In this document: positions 1-10,320 of the stretch, one piece after another | Numbering within the stretch: position 1 is the first letter of the stretch | Layout of the letters: each line of letters starts with the position of its first letter | Assembly (NCBI GenBank): GCA_963817895.1 | Contig: CAWFQB010000014.1 | Coordinates: 512,001 to 576,000 of the forward strand | DNA length: 64,000 bases | Direction: 5' to 3' | Origin: an uncultured Chthonomonadaceae bacterium | GTDB taxonomy: Bacteria > Armatimonadota > Chthonomonadetes > Chthonomonadales > Chthonomonadaceae | The notes under the pieces: model-generated | Told to the model about the DNA's origin: nothing | The model's input: the letters and a program-made list of their open reading frames with translations, nothing else | Databases searched by the model: none | Translations under genes and position numbers: made by a program

Positions 1-724
1 TTCCATTGGCATCGGCGGCGGTATCGGGGGCATGTTCAAGAGTTTGCAGCGGGGTGAAGTGCCGCAGTATTCGCAGGTTTTCAATGAAACGCGCCATCTC
101 GCGCTGATTCGGATCGCGGACGAAGCGCGGAACGCGGGCGCGAATTCCGTGATCGGGATTCAAACCTCCATCATTCCGTTCAAGGGGATGCAGGAGATGG
201 TAATGATCGGCACAGCCTCGCACCATCCCTCGCTGCCGCCGGAGTATTCGCAGCGTCCGATTACCAGCGATTTGACGAATGAGGAGATGTGGAATCTGGT
301 TCACATGGGTTATATGCCGCTGCAACTGGTGTTGGGGGTATCCGTCTACTCGCTCGGTTTCGTGGGCGGGCTGACCGCTGCGTTCAAGTCGCTGGGGCGG
401 GGCGAAATCAACGAATTGACAACGCTGATCTACGAGGCGCGGGAAAACGCCATTGCTCGCATTGCCGCCGACGCGACCGCGTGTGGGGCCGACGATGTGG
501 TAGGTATCAAAACCAACGTGTACCAACTTGGCGGCGGCCTGATCGAGTTCATGGCTATCGGAACCGCCGTAAAGCGCATCCCCGGCCTGACAACCGTAAC
601 AGACCAATTGCCGCCACAGGCCATCATCAAGGACAAGGACACGTTTGTCAACACGGCGGAAACCGCGATTGGAACCAACCTTAACCAACAAACCGGGCGC
701 TCGCCGGGCGGCGGTGGAGAGTAA
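1..724 (+). CDS. YbjQ/UPF0145-like (heavy-metal-binding domain) protein with tandem domains, 5' partial
   Basis: Two copies of the 'R..A..RI..+A...GA..V+G+' ... 'IGTA' motif; frame is open from the window start. Confidence 0.75.
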   Translation, partial: SIGIGGGIGGMFKSLQRGEVPQYSQVFNETRHLALIRIADEARNAGANSVIGIQTSIIPFKGMQEMVMIGTASHHPSLPPEYSQRPITSDLTNEEMWNLVHMGYMPLQLVLGVSVYSLGFVGGLTAAFKSLGRGEINELTTLIYEARENAIARIAADATACGADDVVGIKTNVYQLGGGLIEFMAIGTAVKRIPGLTTVTDQLPPQAIIKDKDTFVNTAETAIGTNLNQQTGRSPGGGGE

Positions 725-761
725 TTGAAAATCAGGGACTTCTACCCTCATCCGTCTAAAG

Positions 762-802
762 CTTGCGGCCCGTCGTTCCACATGGAAACGACGGACCGCA
801 AG
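762..802. terminator. GC-rich hairpin between convergent genes
   Basis: cttgcggcccgtcgttcc ... ggaaacgacggaccgcaag inverted repeat. Confidence 0.55.
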
Positions 803-879
803 AGTAGCGCGCTTCAACCGCATGGAACAGGCAGAACGGTTACAAACGGTTCCGGCCCACTCCATGCGCTCACTTGAAG

Positions 880-1446
880 TTACTTTTTCGTTGCTGCTAC
901 GATTGGCGCGGCGGGGGCTTTCAGTTTGCTCTTGTCGCCGTCTTTTTTGAATTCCAGACTGACGGAATTCATGCAGTAGCGCAGGCCGGTGGGTTTGGGG
1001 CCATCGTTGAAGACATGGCCTAAATGCCCGCCGCACCGGGCGCAGATGACTTCGCTGCGTTCGCCATCCGCGTCCGTATGCGTAATGACATTGCCCTTGA
1101 TGGCCTCCTGATAAAAGCTCGGCCAGCCGGTTCCCGAATCGAACTTGGTTTTGGAGGTGAATAGTTCCAGTCCGCAGGCAGCGCAGTAGTACGCGCCCGT
1201 GTCCTCGTTGTGCCAGTATTTGCCCGTGAACGCCCGCTCCGTCCCCTTTTCGCGCAAAACGTCGTACTGCTCCGGCGTCAGGATTTTCTTCCATTCCGCG
1301 TCGCTTTTCGTTATTTTGGCGACTTTGCTGTCCGTAACCTTCCCTGCTTTCACTTTGCCGCTCTGCGCGTCGGCGTCGCGCGCGCATCCCCACGCCCCGA
1401 ACGCGCCCAGCACACACGCCACGCCCGCTATGTCACGATATCGCAT
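880..1446 (-). CDS. msrB: Peptide-methionine (R)-S-oxide reductase with N-terminal signal peptide
   Basis: [41 protein letters not shown] motifs; likely start MRYRDIAG. Confidence 0.93.
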   Translation of the reverse strand: MRYRDIAGVACVLGAFGAWGCARDADAQSGKVKAGKVTDSKVAKITKSDAEWKKILTPEQYDVLREKGTERAFTGKYWHNEDTGAYYCAACGLELFTSKTKFDSGTGWPSFYQEAIKGNVITHTDADGERSEVICARCGGHLGHVFNDGPKPTGLRYCMNSVSLEFKKDGDKSKLKAPAAPIVAATKK

Positions 1447-1577
1447 GATAATATTGTTCTCCCTGATGTTCGGACTCAGACGACAAATGAACCGCCGCGC
1501 AAATCCCGTTGCCACACTTCTTTCAACAAACAAGTCCGTCCAAATGTTCCCTACATACCTGTACGCAGAAAAGATTC

Positions 1578-1958
1578 TCAACGTTTAACGACGCCCGGTA
1601 TCAGTTTGCGCCGCCGTTTGTGCAGGCTGACATAACAAAATTTCTCGCAGTCAACCGCTGCCTGTATTGCGCGTTCCGCCCCTTTGGGAATCAACAGGGC
1701 TGCGCCCGGACGCATCATGTAAACTTGCGCGTTCACCGTCACTTCACCCTGTCCTTCAATACCTATCAGAACAACATCCACTTCATCATTGATATGTGGA
1801 GCAATTTGTTTGCCCGGCCCCCACACCAGCAGTGTAATATCTAAATCTTCACACTCGCGCGCCCATTCCGGTCCCACGCCTACGCCCTCCCGGCAGCATT
1901 GGAGCAGGTCCACATAACTGGACGCATTATGCGATTTCACAAACTCGGCTTCAGGCAT
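1578..1958 (-). CDS. Cupin-domain protein
   Basis: PHINDEVDV...GQGEVTV...IPKGAER cupin pattern. Confidence 0.7.
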   Translation of the reverse strand: MPEAEFVKSHNASSYVDLLQCCREGVGVGPEWARECEDLDITLLVWGPGKQIAPHINDEVDVVLIGIEGQGEVTVNAQVYMMRPGAALLIPKGAERAIQAAVDCEKFCYVSLHKRRRKLIPGVVKR

Positions 1959-1968
1959 TGTATATTCC

Positions 1969-2715
1969 TCAATCTTCTGCATTGTCATTTTGGAACGTGG
2001 CCCCGTTATCGGGAGAATTTTCTGTTTTAGCCACCGTCGGCGCGTCAACTGTTTGCGCAGGGAAGATTGCATTCAGCCGCTCAATGAAAATGGCAAGGCT
2101 TGGGTTTTCGCCGCCGTGCCGGTTCAACTCACGCTTTCGGCTGTACGGACGCGCTAATTCAGCGTAACGGCGAGGTTCCTTTGACTGTGGATTGATTGCA
2201 TGAAAATTCTTCTTTCTCAGGGCGCGATTAAGGACATCCAGACAGTTGAGGGGCTTCGCTTTTTCTTTGCCTTCGGCGTACAGGGGTAACAGCCAACATT
2301 CTGTAGTATCCACGGCAACCGCAAAAATGATTCGTTCGTGAAATCGGTTCCAGACCGTATCGCCGATTTTCTCCTGTAGTTTGGCAGCCACTCGCGCTGC
2401 GATTTCAGAGGGTGGTAGCAGTTTGCCCTCTTCATGCTTTGAAACGCCGAACTTGGGATCGTCGCACTGATCCGTATCTACTTGCACAACGATGTAATCC
2501 ACAAACGGAAAGGCTTCGGCAAACTTTGGAGAAGCGCAGTATTCTAGAACCAACTGCCAGTTGCTGAAATTCTCCACCTGATGTTTGTGGATGTTGTTGT
2601 AAACAGGCAAGAACGGGCGCGTATCAATCTCTTCAGGATCGAAAAATCCATCCAACACGGCCTGAATAACCTGCTGATCGGTTATGCCCTCGGTGATAAG
2701 TCCAAATATCGGCAT
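1969..2715 (-). CDS. TOPRIM-like protein (RloB/DUF4276-like), partner of the upstream ATPase
   Basis: N-terminal hhhTEGITD, later VQVDTD and TECWLL; starts 2 bp after the ATPase stop. Confidence 0.6.
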   Translation of the reverse strand: MPIFGLITEGITDQQVIQAVLDGFFDPEEIDTRPFLPVYNNIHKHQVENFSNWQLVLEYCASPKFAEAFPFVDYIVVQVDTDQCDDPKFGVSKHEEGKLLPPSEIAARVAAKLQEKIGDTVWNRFHERIIFAVAVDTTECWLLPLYAEGKEKAKPLNCLDVLNRALRKKNFHAINPQSKEPRRYAELARPYSRKRELNRHGGENPSLAIFIERLNAIFPAQTVDAPTVAKTENSPDNGATFQNDNAED

Positions 2716-2717
2716 CT

Positions 2718-3941
2718 TCAGAAGTTGTCCGGCAGGCCGCCAAGATAGCCCCGTAAAAACGCTTCCGACAAACGAACGGTAGGCTGTTCAGGAGTGGGTT
2801 GTGGCGCGGCAACACGCTTTACCCGCGTATGCCCGCGCCGATTACGGGACACAACAAACAGTCGCTGCTGATCGTCCGTCAGGTCAAGCCCGTCCAAAAT
2901 AGCAGGATTGTGGGTGGTGAACACGACCTGCTTTGCCTTCTCTTCCGCGAGTTTCGCCAACTCCATCATCAGCTGACTGCACAGTTTGGGATTCAGCGAC
3001 GCATCTACGTTATCAATGGCAAAGAAAGAGGGCGTCTCTTTGCTGATGAACAGCGTAAAGTAGAACAGCAGAAACAAAAAACCCTCGTTCGCGCTCTTCT
3101 GGTCAAAAAACGAAAGCGCGCTATCCAGATACCGATCATGGATACGCAGGTAGCGTTCGGACGGCGACAGGTCACTGGCAATCTCGAAATCCGAAAACCA
3201 GTCTATGCACAGCAACCGTTTACGAACCTCCTCCAATCCCTCCTTATCCTGCGCACTCATCACCCGCAGCAGCTTGAACAGCCCCTCGCCCCGTATCCCC
3301 AACGGCTGTATCTGCCCCTCCTGTTCAAACGTCCGCAACGCAGAATTTTCCGGCGAGTACACAAGGAAATGTTGCAATTCAGTTGGGCCATACAATGCAA
3401 AAAGCAGATTTTTTGTAATCATTGACAGAACTTCGGTGTCGTGTGAATACTCATTCTCATCTTGCCGAGTCTTCTTTTCCATAATTACCTTATGTCGGTA
3501 GTAAGCTATGGCTATACCCATAATATCGTCTTCATCATATTTGGCCTCTAGAACATTCAAGCTAGATAGGAATTGTTTATGAGCAAAGCGATCCATTCTC
3601 TTCCATGAAACATAAGGGCGTTCGTTGTCTTTCTGAAGTGTGTAAGCATACACGTTGTTTTCATCATTCTTAAAAGATAGTTCTATATCCTTATCAACTG
3701 CTTCCTTGTCGAAAGCGGAACGCATAAAACGAGGGTCGTCTGATACACGAATACCCCGTGACGCCAGAAACTCGTTATCCAGTTTGTCGTTTGCCGCCGC
3801 CGAACCGAGTGCGAGAGCTTCCAGAATGTTGCTTTTGCCGGAACCGTTCGCGCCGATAAAGACGTTGATACGGCCCAATGCCAGCGTCAACTCCGTAATA
3901 GATTTGAAATTGCGTATTTCCACTTCTTCAATCATAGCCAA
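2718..3941 (-). CDS. ABC-superfamily (AAA_21/AAA_15-like) soluble ATPase
   Basis: IRNFKS, Walker A GANGSGKS, variant signature SANEG, Walker B FFAIDN, H-loop TTHNP, C-terminal GYLGGLP. Confidence 0.85.
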   Translation of the reverse strand: MAMIEEVEIRNFKSITELTLALGRINVFIGANGSGKSNILEALALGSAAANDKLDNEFLASRGIRVSDDPRFMRSAFDKEAVDKDIELSFKNDENNVYAYTLQKDNERPYVSWKRMDRFAHKQFLSSLNVLEAKYDEDDIMGIAIAYYRHKVIMEKKTRQDENEYSHDTEVLSMITKNLLFALYGPTELQHFLVYSPENSALRTFEQEGQIQPLGIRGEGLFKLLRVMSAQDKEGLEEVRKRLLCIDWFSDFEIASDLSPSERYLRIHDRYLDSALSFFDQKSANEGFLFLLFYFTLFISKETPSFFAIDNVDASLNPKLCSQLMMELAKLAEEKAKQVVFTTHNPAILDGLDLTDDQQRLFVVSRNRRGHTRVKRVAAPQPTPEQPTVRLSEAFLRGYLGGLPDNF

Positions 3942-4212
3942 ACATCCCGTTCCTTGCCGTAACTTACGCCGCTATCATCCTTGTGATTCCACATTCCTGA
4001 TACGCTTTCCTGCTGCAAGATGATGTTCGCAAGTTTCAGGAGGAAATAAGAGGCATCAACACGAATCTTTCAATCTGAAAGGGACTCTCAAGGATTAAAT
4101 TGTTCCACTTGGCGTCCGTGCAATAACAATTTAATCTTTTCGCGCGGCTATGGTAACAAATTCCGCCTGCGCGGACTGGAACAGTTATTTTCGTGAGAAG
4201 TTGTAGGATACT

Positions 4213-4265
4213 GCCTCCCCTCTCCTAGCGCGTTGCGCGGCAAGGAGAGGGGCCGGGGGTGAGGT
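4213..4265. repeat. CCCCTCTCC...GGAGAGGGG palindromic repeat; matching copy at 38921-38973
   Basis: gcctcccctctcctagcgcgttgcgcggcaaggagaggggccgggggtgaggt occurs at both sites. Confidence 0.85.
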
Positions 4266-4280
4266 CCAAAGGAGACAACA

Positions 4281-5366
4281 ATGACAACAAAACGATGGAA
4301 TGGCAGCGCGATAGCCTGCCTGACAATGAGCATGGCAGCCATTGCGGGCGTACACATCAGCAACGCCCAAACGCCCGCGCAAGGTTCCGTTGTGGACACG
4401 TCCAAACTGGTTCCCTACACGCCGGAAGCCAAAGACGGCGATTACATCATTCAGCCGCCGTATGCGAAAGCGCCGGAACTGACCGAACGCGCGGATGTTC
4501 CCAAAGGCATGGTGTACCGCTTCACCATGAACTCGACGGACAGCAAAATCTATACGGGCATCGCCAAAAACGCGCCGGGACAGACGGTTCCCTACTCGCG
4601 GCGCGTGACCGTCTACGTTCCGAGCCAGTACGTTGCCGGGACGCCCGCGCCGTTCCTCGTGTCACAGGATAGCATGACGCAGGGCAGCATGCCTACCGTT
4701 CTCGACAACATGATTGCCGACCACCGCCTGCCTGTCATGGCCGCGATTTTTATTGACTCGGGCGGGGGAGACGCGCAAGGCAGCGAGCGCGGGCTGGAAT
4801 ATGACACGGTTTCCGGCAAGTACGCGGAGTTTATCGAAACGGAAGTTCTGCCCAAAATCACCGCCGATTACCATGTCACGTTCAGCAAAGACCCCAATGC
4901 CCGCATGACTATGGGCGGCAGTTCGGGCGGCGCGGCGGCGTTTACGATGGCATGGTTCCACCCGGAATGGTATCACCGCGTTTTGACCTATTCGGGAACC
5001 TACGTCAATCAGCAGTCGCCCCTCAACCCCGAATCTCCGCACGGCGCATGGGAGTACCACGAGCATATCATCCCGCAAAGCAAAGTGAAGCCTCTGCGCA
5101 TCTGGATGGAAGTGGGCGAAAACGACATCCGTTCCCACGACCCCGAATCCACCTATCACAACTGGCCGCTCTCGAACCAGCGCATGGCCGAAGTGTTGAA
5201 AGCCAAAAAGTACCACTACCAGTACGTGTATGCCGTAGGCGCGGGGCATGTAGACGGCAGAGTGGTCAACCAGACGCTGCCGCAGGCGCTGGAGTATGTC
5301 TGGAAAGGCTACCCCATCAAAGCCATGAAACCCGCGAAAACCGCCTCCGCAGCATTAACTCCGTAA
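4281..5366 (+). CDS. Secreted enterochelin-esterase-like alpha/beta hydrolase
   Basis: Signal peptide; RGLEYD; nucleophile GGSSGG; VYVPSQY. Confidence 0.8.
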   Translation: MTTKRWNGSAIACLTMSMAAIAGVHISNAQTPAQGSVVDTSKLVPYTPEAKDGDYIIQPPYAKAPELTERADVPKGMVYRFTMNSTDSKIYTGIAKNAPGQTVPYSRRVTVYVPSQYVAGTPAPFLVSQDSMTQGSMPTVLDNMIADHRLPVMAAIFIDSGGGDAQGSERGLEYDTVSGKYAEFIETEVLPKITADYHVTFSKDPNARMTMGGSSGGAAAFTMAWFHPEWYHRVLTYSGTYVNQQSPLNPESPHGAWEYHEHIIPQSKVKPLRIWMEVGENDIRSHDPESTYHNWPLSNQRMAEVLKAKKYHYQYVYAVGAGHVDGRVVNQTLPQALEYVWKGYPIKAMKPAKTASAALTP

Positions 5367-5412
5367 GAACCCCAAAGATGAATAGCCCGGTTTCTAAGAG
5401 ATTACCTTGCCG

Positions 5413-5513
5413 GTTCCCCTTCTCCCAGGCTTTTTTGGGAGAAGGGGCTAGGGGTTGAGCAACATAAATAGCCCCTCTCCCAAGCTTTTTGGGAGAGGGG
5501 TTGGGGTGAGGGC
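5413..5513. repeat. Two tandem CCC(T)TCTCCC...GGGAGA(A)GGG hairpin repeats
   Basis: ccccttctcccaggcttttttgggagaaggggctaggggttgag and cccctctcccaagctttttgggagaggggttggggtgaggg. Confidence 0.8.
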
Positions 5514-5575
5514 TATTCCCTCTTCATTTTCCTGATTCCCTCCCGATGCAACAGTTTATAGAAATGAGATCATCC

Positions 5576-6124
5576 ATGCGCTATACAAAATCTTCAACCC
5601 TTTGCCTGCTGCTTCCCGCCCTGATGTGCGGGATGGCGGCCACAACCCTGATGGTCGCGTCACCGGCGGCGCGCGCCGATACTGCGCCCACCAAAAAAGA
5701 CGCGCAGGCGTTATACGACAAACTTGGCGCGGTCCTCAAAAAGAAAGACATCAAAGCCATTGAAGCCCTGTCCACGCCCAAAACCGTGAACAAAACGGCG
5801 GATGGCAGAACGCTGGCTCGCGACGAATGGCTCAAATCCCTGGACGCTCAGTTGAAAGCGTTTACTACGTTGAACAGCGCGGTCTTCACCATAACCGGCG
5901 TAAAAATGGCGGGCGGAAATATGGTTGCGGACGGTTCTCTGCATCTTGTCGCCACCATAGCCGATCCCAACGGCAAGCCGCACAAGCTGGACGCCATAAA
6001 CAAAGAGCAGGATACCTGGACAAAAATCAACGGCAAATGGCTGCTGCTGATTTAGAAGGACCTTCCCGGCGGCGTCACGCTCATTGACGGCAAGCCCTTT
6101 CCCCCCGCCGTGCCAGGCAAGTAA
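5576..6124 (+). CDS. Secreted NTF2-like/DUF4440 protein; in-frame TAG at 6053-6055
   Basis: Signal peptide ending AARA; DTWTKINGKW; reading through the TAG gives KDLPGGVTLIDGKPFPPAVPGK*. Confidence 0.6.
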
Positions 6125-6177
6125 ACAAGCGGCTTGAACGCCAATTCAAGCACACGTAGCCGCGCATGGGGGCAAAT

Positions 6178-7349
6178 ATGAAAAACCTCTTTCCGATACA
6201 TCTCCGACAATTGCAAAGCCCGCCGCTGATAGCCTGATTCCTCTTGTCGAGCAAGTCCGCAATCTGGTGCAGTCGGCGCGCATAAAGGCCGTCACGAATG
6301 TCAACTACCTGCAAGTATTAACCAATTTCGAGATTGGCCGCTGCATTGTCGAGCATGAGCAACAGGGCGCAAGTCGAGCGGAGTATGGCAAACAGATATT
6401 GGAAGCATTGGCCGAACGGCTGACGGCTGAATTTGGAAGAGGCTTTTCCCACACGAACATCAAACTCATGCGGAACTTCTTCCTGATGTATCAAGAACGG
6501 GTTCCACAGATTCGTCAGACAGTGTCTGACGAATTGCCTTCAGTCTACGATAATGTGTTTCAGGCATCAACTGACAGCCCATTTCCCTTTACGCTCAGTT
6601 GGTCACATTATGTACTCTTACTCGGCATCAGGAATGAGAACGAACGCCGTTTCTACGAGATCGAAGCCGTGCAAGCGGATTGGTCGCTTTCAGAATTAAA
6701 ACGTCAGTGCAACAGCGCCCTCTTCGAGCGGCTCGCTCTCAGTCGGGACAAGCAGAAAGTGCAGCAACTTGCCTGCGAGGGGCAGATACTCCAAAAGCCC
6801 TCCGACATGCTCAAGAATCCCTACGTTCTTGAGTTTCTCGGTCTGGCGGAAAATCTCGGCTACTCGGAAAGCGATATGGAAAGCGCGATTATCAGCAAGC
6901 TGCAAGCCTTCCTGCTGGAACTCGGCAAAGGCTTTCTGTTCGAGGCGCGGCAAAAGCGATTCACCTATGACGAAGACCATTTTTTCGTAGACCTTGTGTT
7001 CTACAACCGCCTGCTGCGCTGTTACGTCCTGATTGATCTCAAAATAGGCGAGATCACGCATCAGGATTTGGGACAGATGCAAATGTACGTTAACTACTTC
7101 GACCGCTATATCAAATTGAAGGACGAGAATCCGACTGTAGGCATCATCCTGTGCCAGAAGAAGCGTGACGCCCTTGTGGAGATCACCCTGCCGCGCGACG
7201 CCAACATTTTCGCGTCCGAATATCAGTTGTATCTGCCGTCCAAAGAAGACCTGCGCCGTCAATTGATGGAGTGGAGCGGCGCAAATACGGAAGCCGACAG
7301 CGAAGACTTGTCAACAGAACCAGAGAACGCCGCCACCGATGAAGCCTGA
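6178..7349 (+). CDS. YhcG/DUF1016 PD-(D/E)XK nuclease-family protein (start uncertain, probable 5' frameshift)
   Basis: LSWSHY, KNPYVLEFL, FLLELGKGF, VDLVFYNRLL, IDLKIG, GQMQMYVNY. Confidence 0.9.
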
Positions 7350-7568
7350 AACCCTCCTCGCCCATTTCGACCAAATCGCCGATGCCCCAATACCATTCCG
7401 CGCCTGCGTCGTTTCATCCTCAACCTTGCCGTTCGAGACAAAGACGCGCCCCAAAATCCCAACGACGAACCCACGTCCATTCCTGTCTGCAATACGACAA
7501 GAACAACCCAAACAATAATGCGCCAACAAGTTGAACCTTTCACGGGCTATGCCGTAAGGGTTATGTAA
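7339..7568 (+). pseudogene. Degenerate N-terminal fragment of a type I restriction specificity subunit (hsdS-like)
   Basis: MKPETLLAHFDQIADAP/NTIPRLRRFILNLAVRDKDAPQNPNDEP resembles the HsdS 'LRxxILxLAVxGKLVxQDPxDEP' motif; has a frameshift and an early stop. Confidence 0.65.
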
Positions 7569-7718
7569 CCACACCAACAGGCTCTCCGTATTGGGACGCC
7601 ACTCTTCTTTCAGTTCGCGGAAGATAGTGACAGCGCTGACACAGTCTCTCCGGCCTGCTTCATCCTGTCGCTATCAGAGCCAAACTCTCGCGGGGTATTG
7701 CGAAAGGACTGGTACGCT

Positions 7719-10207
7719 ATGAGTATTGGGCGCTTCTCTCCACTGTTGCGGCACACGCTATCCGCATTTCTGATGACGCTGCTGTTTGGCAGCCCGCTTG
7801 TGTCCGCGTGGGCCGACATTCCCGCCGTTCCCACGCAGCACAACGATAACGCTCGCACCGGAGCCAACCTTCAGGAGACCATTCTGACGCCTGCCAACGT
7901 CACGACGGCAAAGTTCGGCAAGCTGTTCACTCGCAATCTGGACGCCAACGTGAACGGCCAGGTGCTGTATGTGCCACATGTGAGTATCAACGGCGCGTTT
8001 CACAACGTTATCTATGCCTACACCTCCAACAACTCCAACAATTCGCCGTGCAGCCTGTACGCCTTCGATGCCGACGATCCCGCCGCTTCCGCGTTTCTCT
8101 GGCGGCATCAGTTCACCAATTCCGCGCAATGGACGCAGTGCGCTCCCGCCATTGACATTCAGAATCAGATCATCTATGTTCTGACCAAAGACAACAACGA
8201 TAACGGCGCGACCCGGATGCGCGCCCTGAGCCTGACAACCGGCGCGGAACTGCCCGGCAGCCCGATCACCGTTGCCGCTTCTGTTCCGGGAACGGGCGAC
8301 GGCAGCGTCAATGGCGTGGTCTCCTTCGATACCTCTCACGCCAACTGCCGGCCCGGTCTTCTGCTGCTCAACGGCGTGGTTTACTGCGCCTTCGCGCACA
8401 ATACCGACAGTTTCCCCTATCACGGCTGGATTTTCGGCTACCATTACGATGGGACTCAGTTCACGCAGTCCGCCGTGTTCAACACCTCCCCAAATGGCGG
8501 TCTGGACGGCATCTGGCAGGCAGGCAAGGGATTGTCCGCCGATCTGGACGGCAACATCTACTGTTCCATCGGCAACGGCACGTTCGATCCCGCCCATGGA
8601 AGCTACGGCATGTGCTATCTGAAACTCAGTTCGCCCAACCTGACCGTACTGGACTGGTTCGCCCCTTACGATGAGCAGGCGCAGAGCGATGCCGATAATG
8701 ACCTGGGCAATACCGGCCTTGTGGGTATTCCAGGAACCAACCGCCTTTTCGCCGGAGCGACAAAGTTCGGCACGGCGTTTCTGCTCGACTCGACCCATCT
8801 GGCGGATTCACGCCGAACGGCCCGGACCAGGTTGTGCAGCGCCTGAACAACATAAGCAACAATGACAATGTGGGACAGAACCCCATCGTGTGGGATGCTG
8901 GGACAGTCAAATACGCCTATGTATGGCCGAGCGGCTACCAGGCGCGGCAGTTCCGTTATGACACCACGCAAAATCAATTGAACCCGGCTGGAATATGGAA
9001 GCAAACCACCAATGCGACAAACGGCGGTTCGCTTACCGTTACCGCCAATGGCAATACGGGAGGCATTTTGTGGGCGGCGGACAATAATGGCGTGTTTCAT
9101 GCCTTTGATGCCACCGACCTCAGCAAACCGGAGTTGTGGAACAGCAGTCAAAACAGCGCGCGCGATTCGCTCGGCTCCGTGGGACACTTCCAGTTTCCCA
9201 CGGTTGTAAACGGCAAAGCCTACGTGCCGACCGGCGGAGCCTCCATTGCGGTTTACGGCCTGCTGCCTACCAATTCCGTGTCGCTTATCAACGGCAGTTT
9301 CGAGACGCCGAGCGTGGGCTACGGCGGGTATCAGTACAATCCGGGCGTCAGCAGCGGCTGGACGTTCGGCGGCAACAGCGGCATCCAGAGCAACGGCAGC
9401 GCGTGGGGCGCGTCCAATGCGTCCGATGGCGTCCAGACGGCCTTTTTGCAGGGCGGCAGCGTGAGCAGCATCAGCCAGAGCGTGACCTTCCCGGCAGCGG
9501 GCAACTACACGCTCACCTTCCAGGCGGCGCGGCGCTACAATCAGGCGCAGCCTCTTCAGTTCAGCGTGGATGGCGCAAACGTGGGCGCGACGATCACCCC
9601 GGCCAGCAGTTCGTTCCAGACCTTCACCCTCAACTTCACCGTCAGCGCGGCGGGAACCCACACCCTCAAACTTGCCACTACCGACGCCGCCGAAGATGTC
9701 ACCACCTTCATAGACCAGGTTAATCTTGCCGTCGCGTCTACAACCCCTATGCTGGCAAACGGCAGTTTCGAGACGCCGAGCGTGGGCTACGGCGGGTATC
9801 AGTACAATCCGGGCGTCAGCAGCGGCTGGACGTTCGGCGGCAACAGCGGCATCCAGAGCAACGGCAGCGCGTGGGGCGCGTCCAATGCGTCCGATGGCGT
9901 CCAGACGGCCTTTTTGCAGGGCGGCAGCGTGAGCAGCATCAGCCAGAGCGTGACCTTCCCGGCAGCGGGCAACTACACGCTCACCTTCCAGGCGGCGCGG
10001 CGCTACAATCAGGCGCAGCCTCTTCAGTTCAGCGTGGATGGCGCAAACGTGGGCGCGACGATCACCCCGGCCAGCAGTTCGTTCCAGACCTTCACCCTCA
10101 ACTTCACCGTCAGCGCGGCGGGAACCCACACCCTCAAACTTGCCACTACCGACGCCGCCGAAGATGTCACCACCTTCGTGGATCAAGTGGTTCTTGGTTC
10201 TCAATAG
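7719..10207 (+). CDS. Secreted PQQ-like beta-propeller protein with two C-terminal CBM/DUF642-like domains (frameshift near 8800)
   Basis: Signal peptide, HNDNARTG, GIWQAG, GNG, FPTVVNGKAYV; two NGSFETP domains; joins ORFs 7698-8846 and 8834-10207. Confidence 0.75.
9290..10177 (+). repeat. Intragenic direct duplication: 9290-9709 matches 9758-10177 (period 468 bp)
   Basis: About 420 bp, identical by eye. Confidence 0.9.
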
Positions 10208-10253
10208 CGCGAGTGAACTGATCTGACGACCTTAGTTCAGGCGTCCACATAAG

Positions 10254-10299
10254 AAACCCCTTCTCCGATGTAGTAAAGACTACGCCGGAGAAGGGGTTT
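10254..10299. terminator. Bidirectional terminator-like hairpin
   Basis: aaaccccttctccg ... cggagaaggggttt between convergent genes. Confidence 0.65.
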
Positions 10300-10320
10300 A
10301 TTTATGGAGATAAAAGCAGA

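Noticed and set aside
9290..10177. DGR template/variable repeat pair
   Set aside because: The copies are identical with no adenine-specific mismatches, both are in frame, and there is no reverse transcriptase in the window
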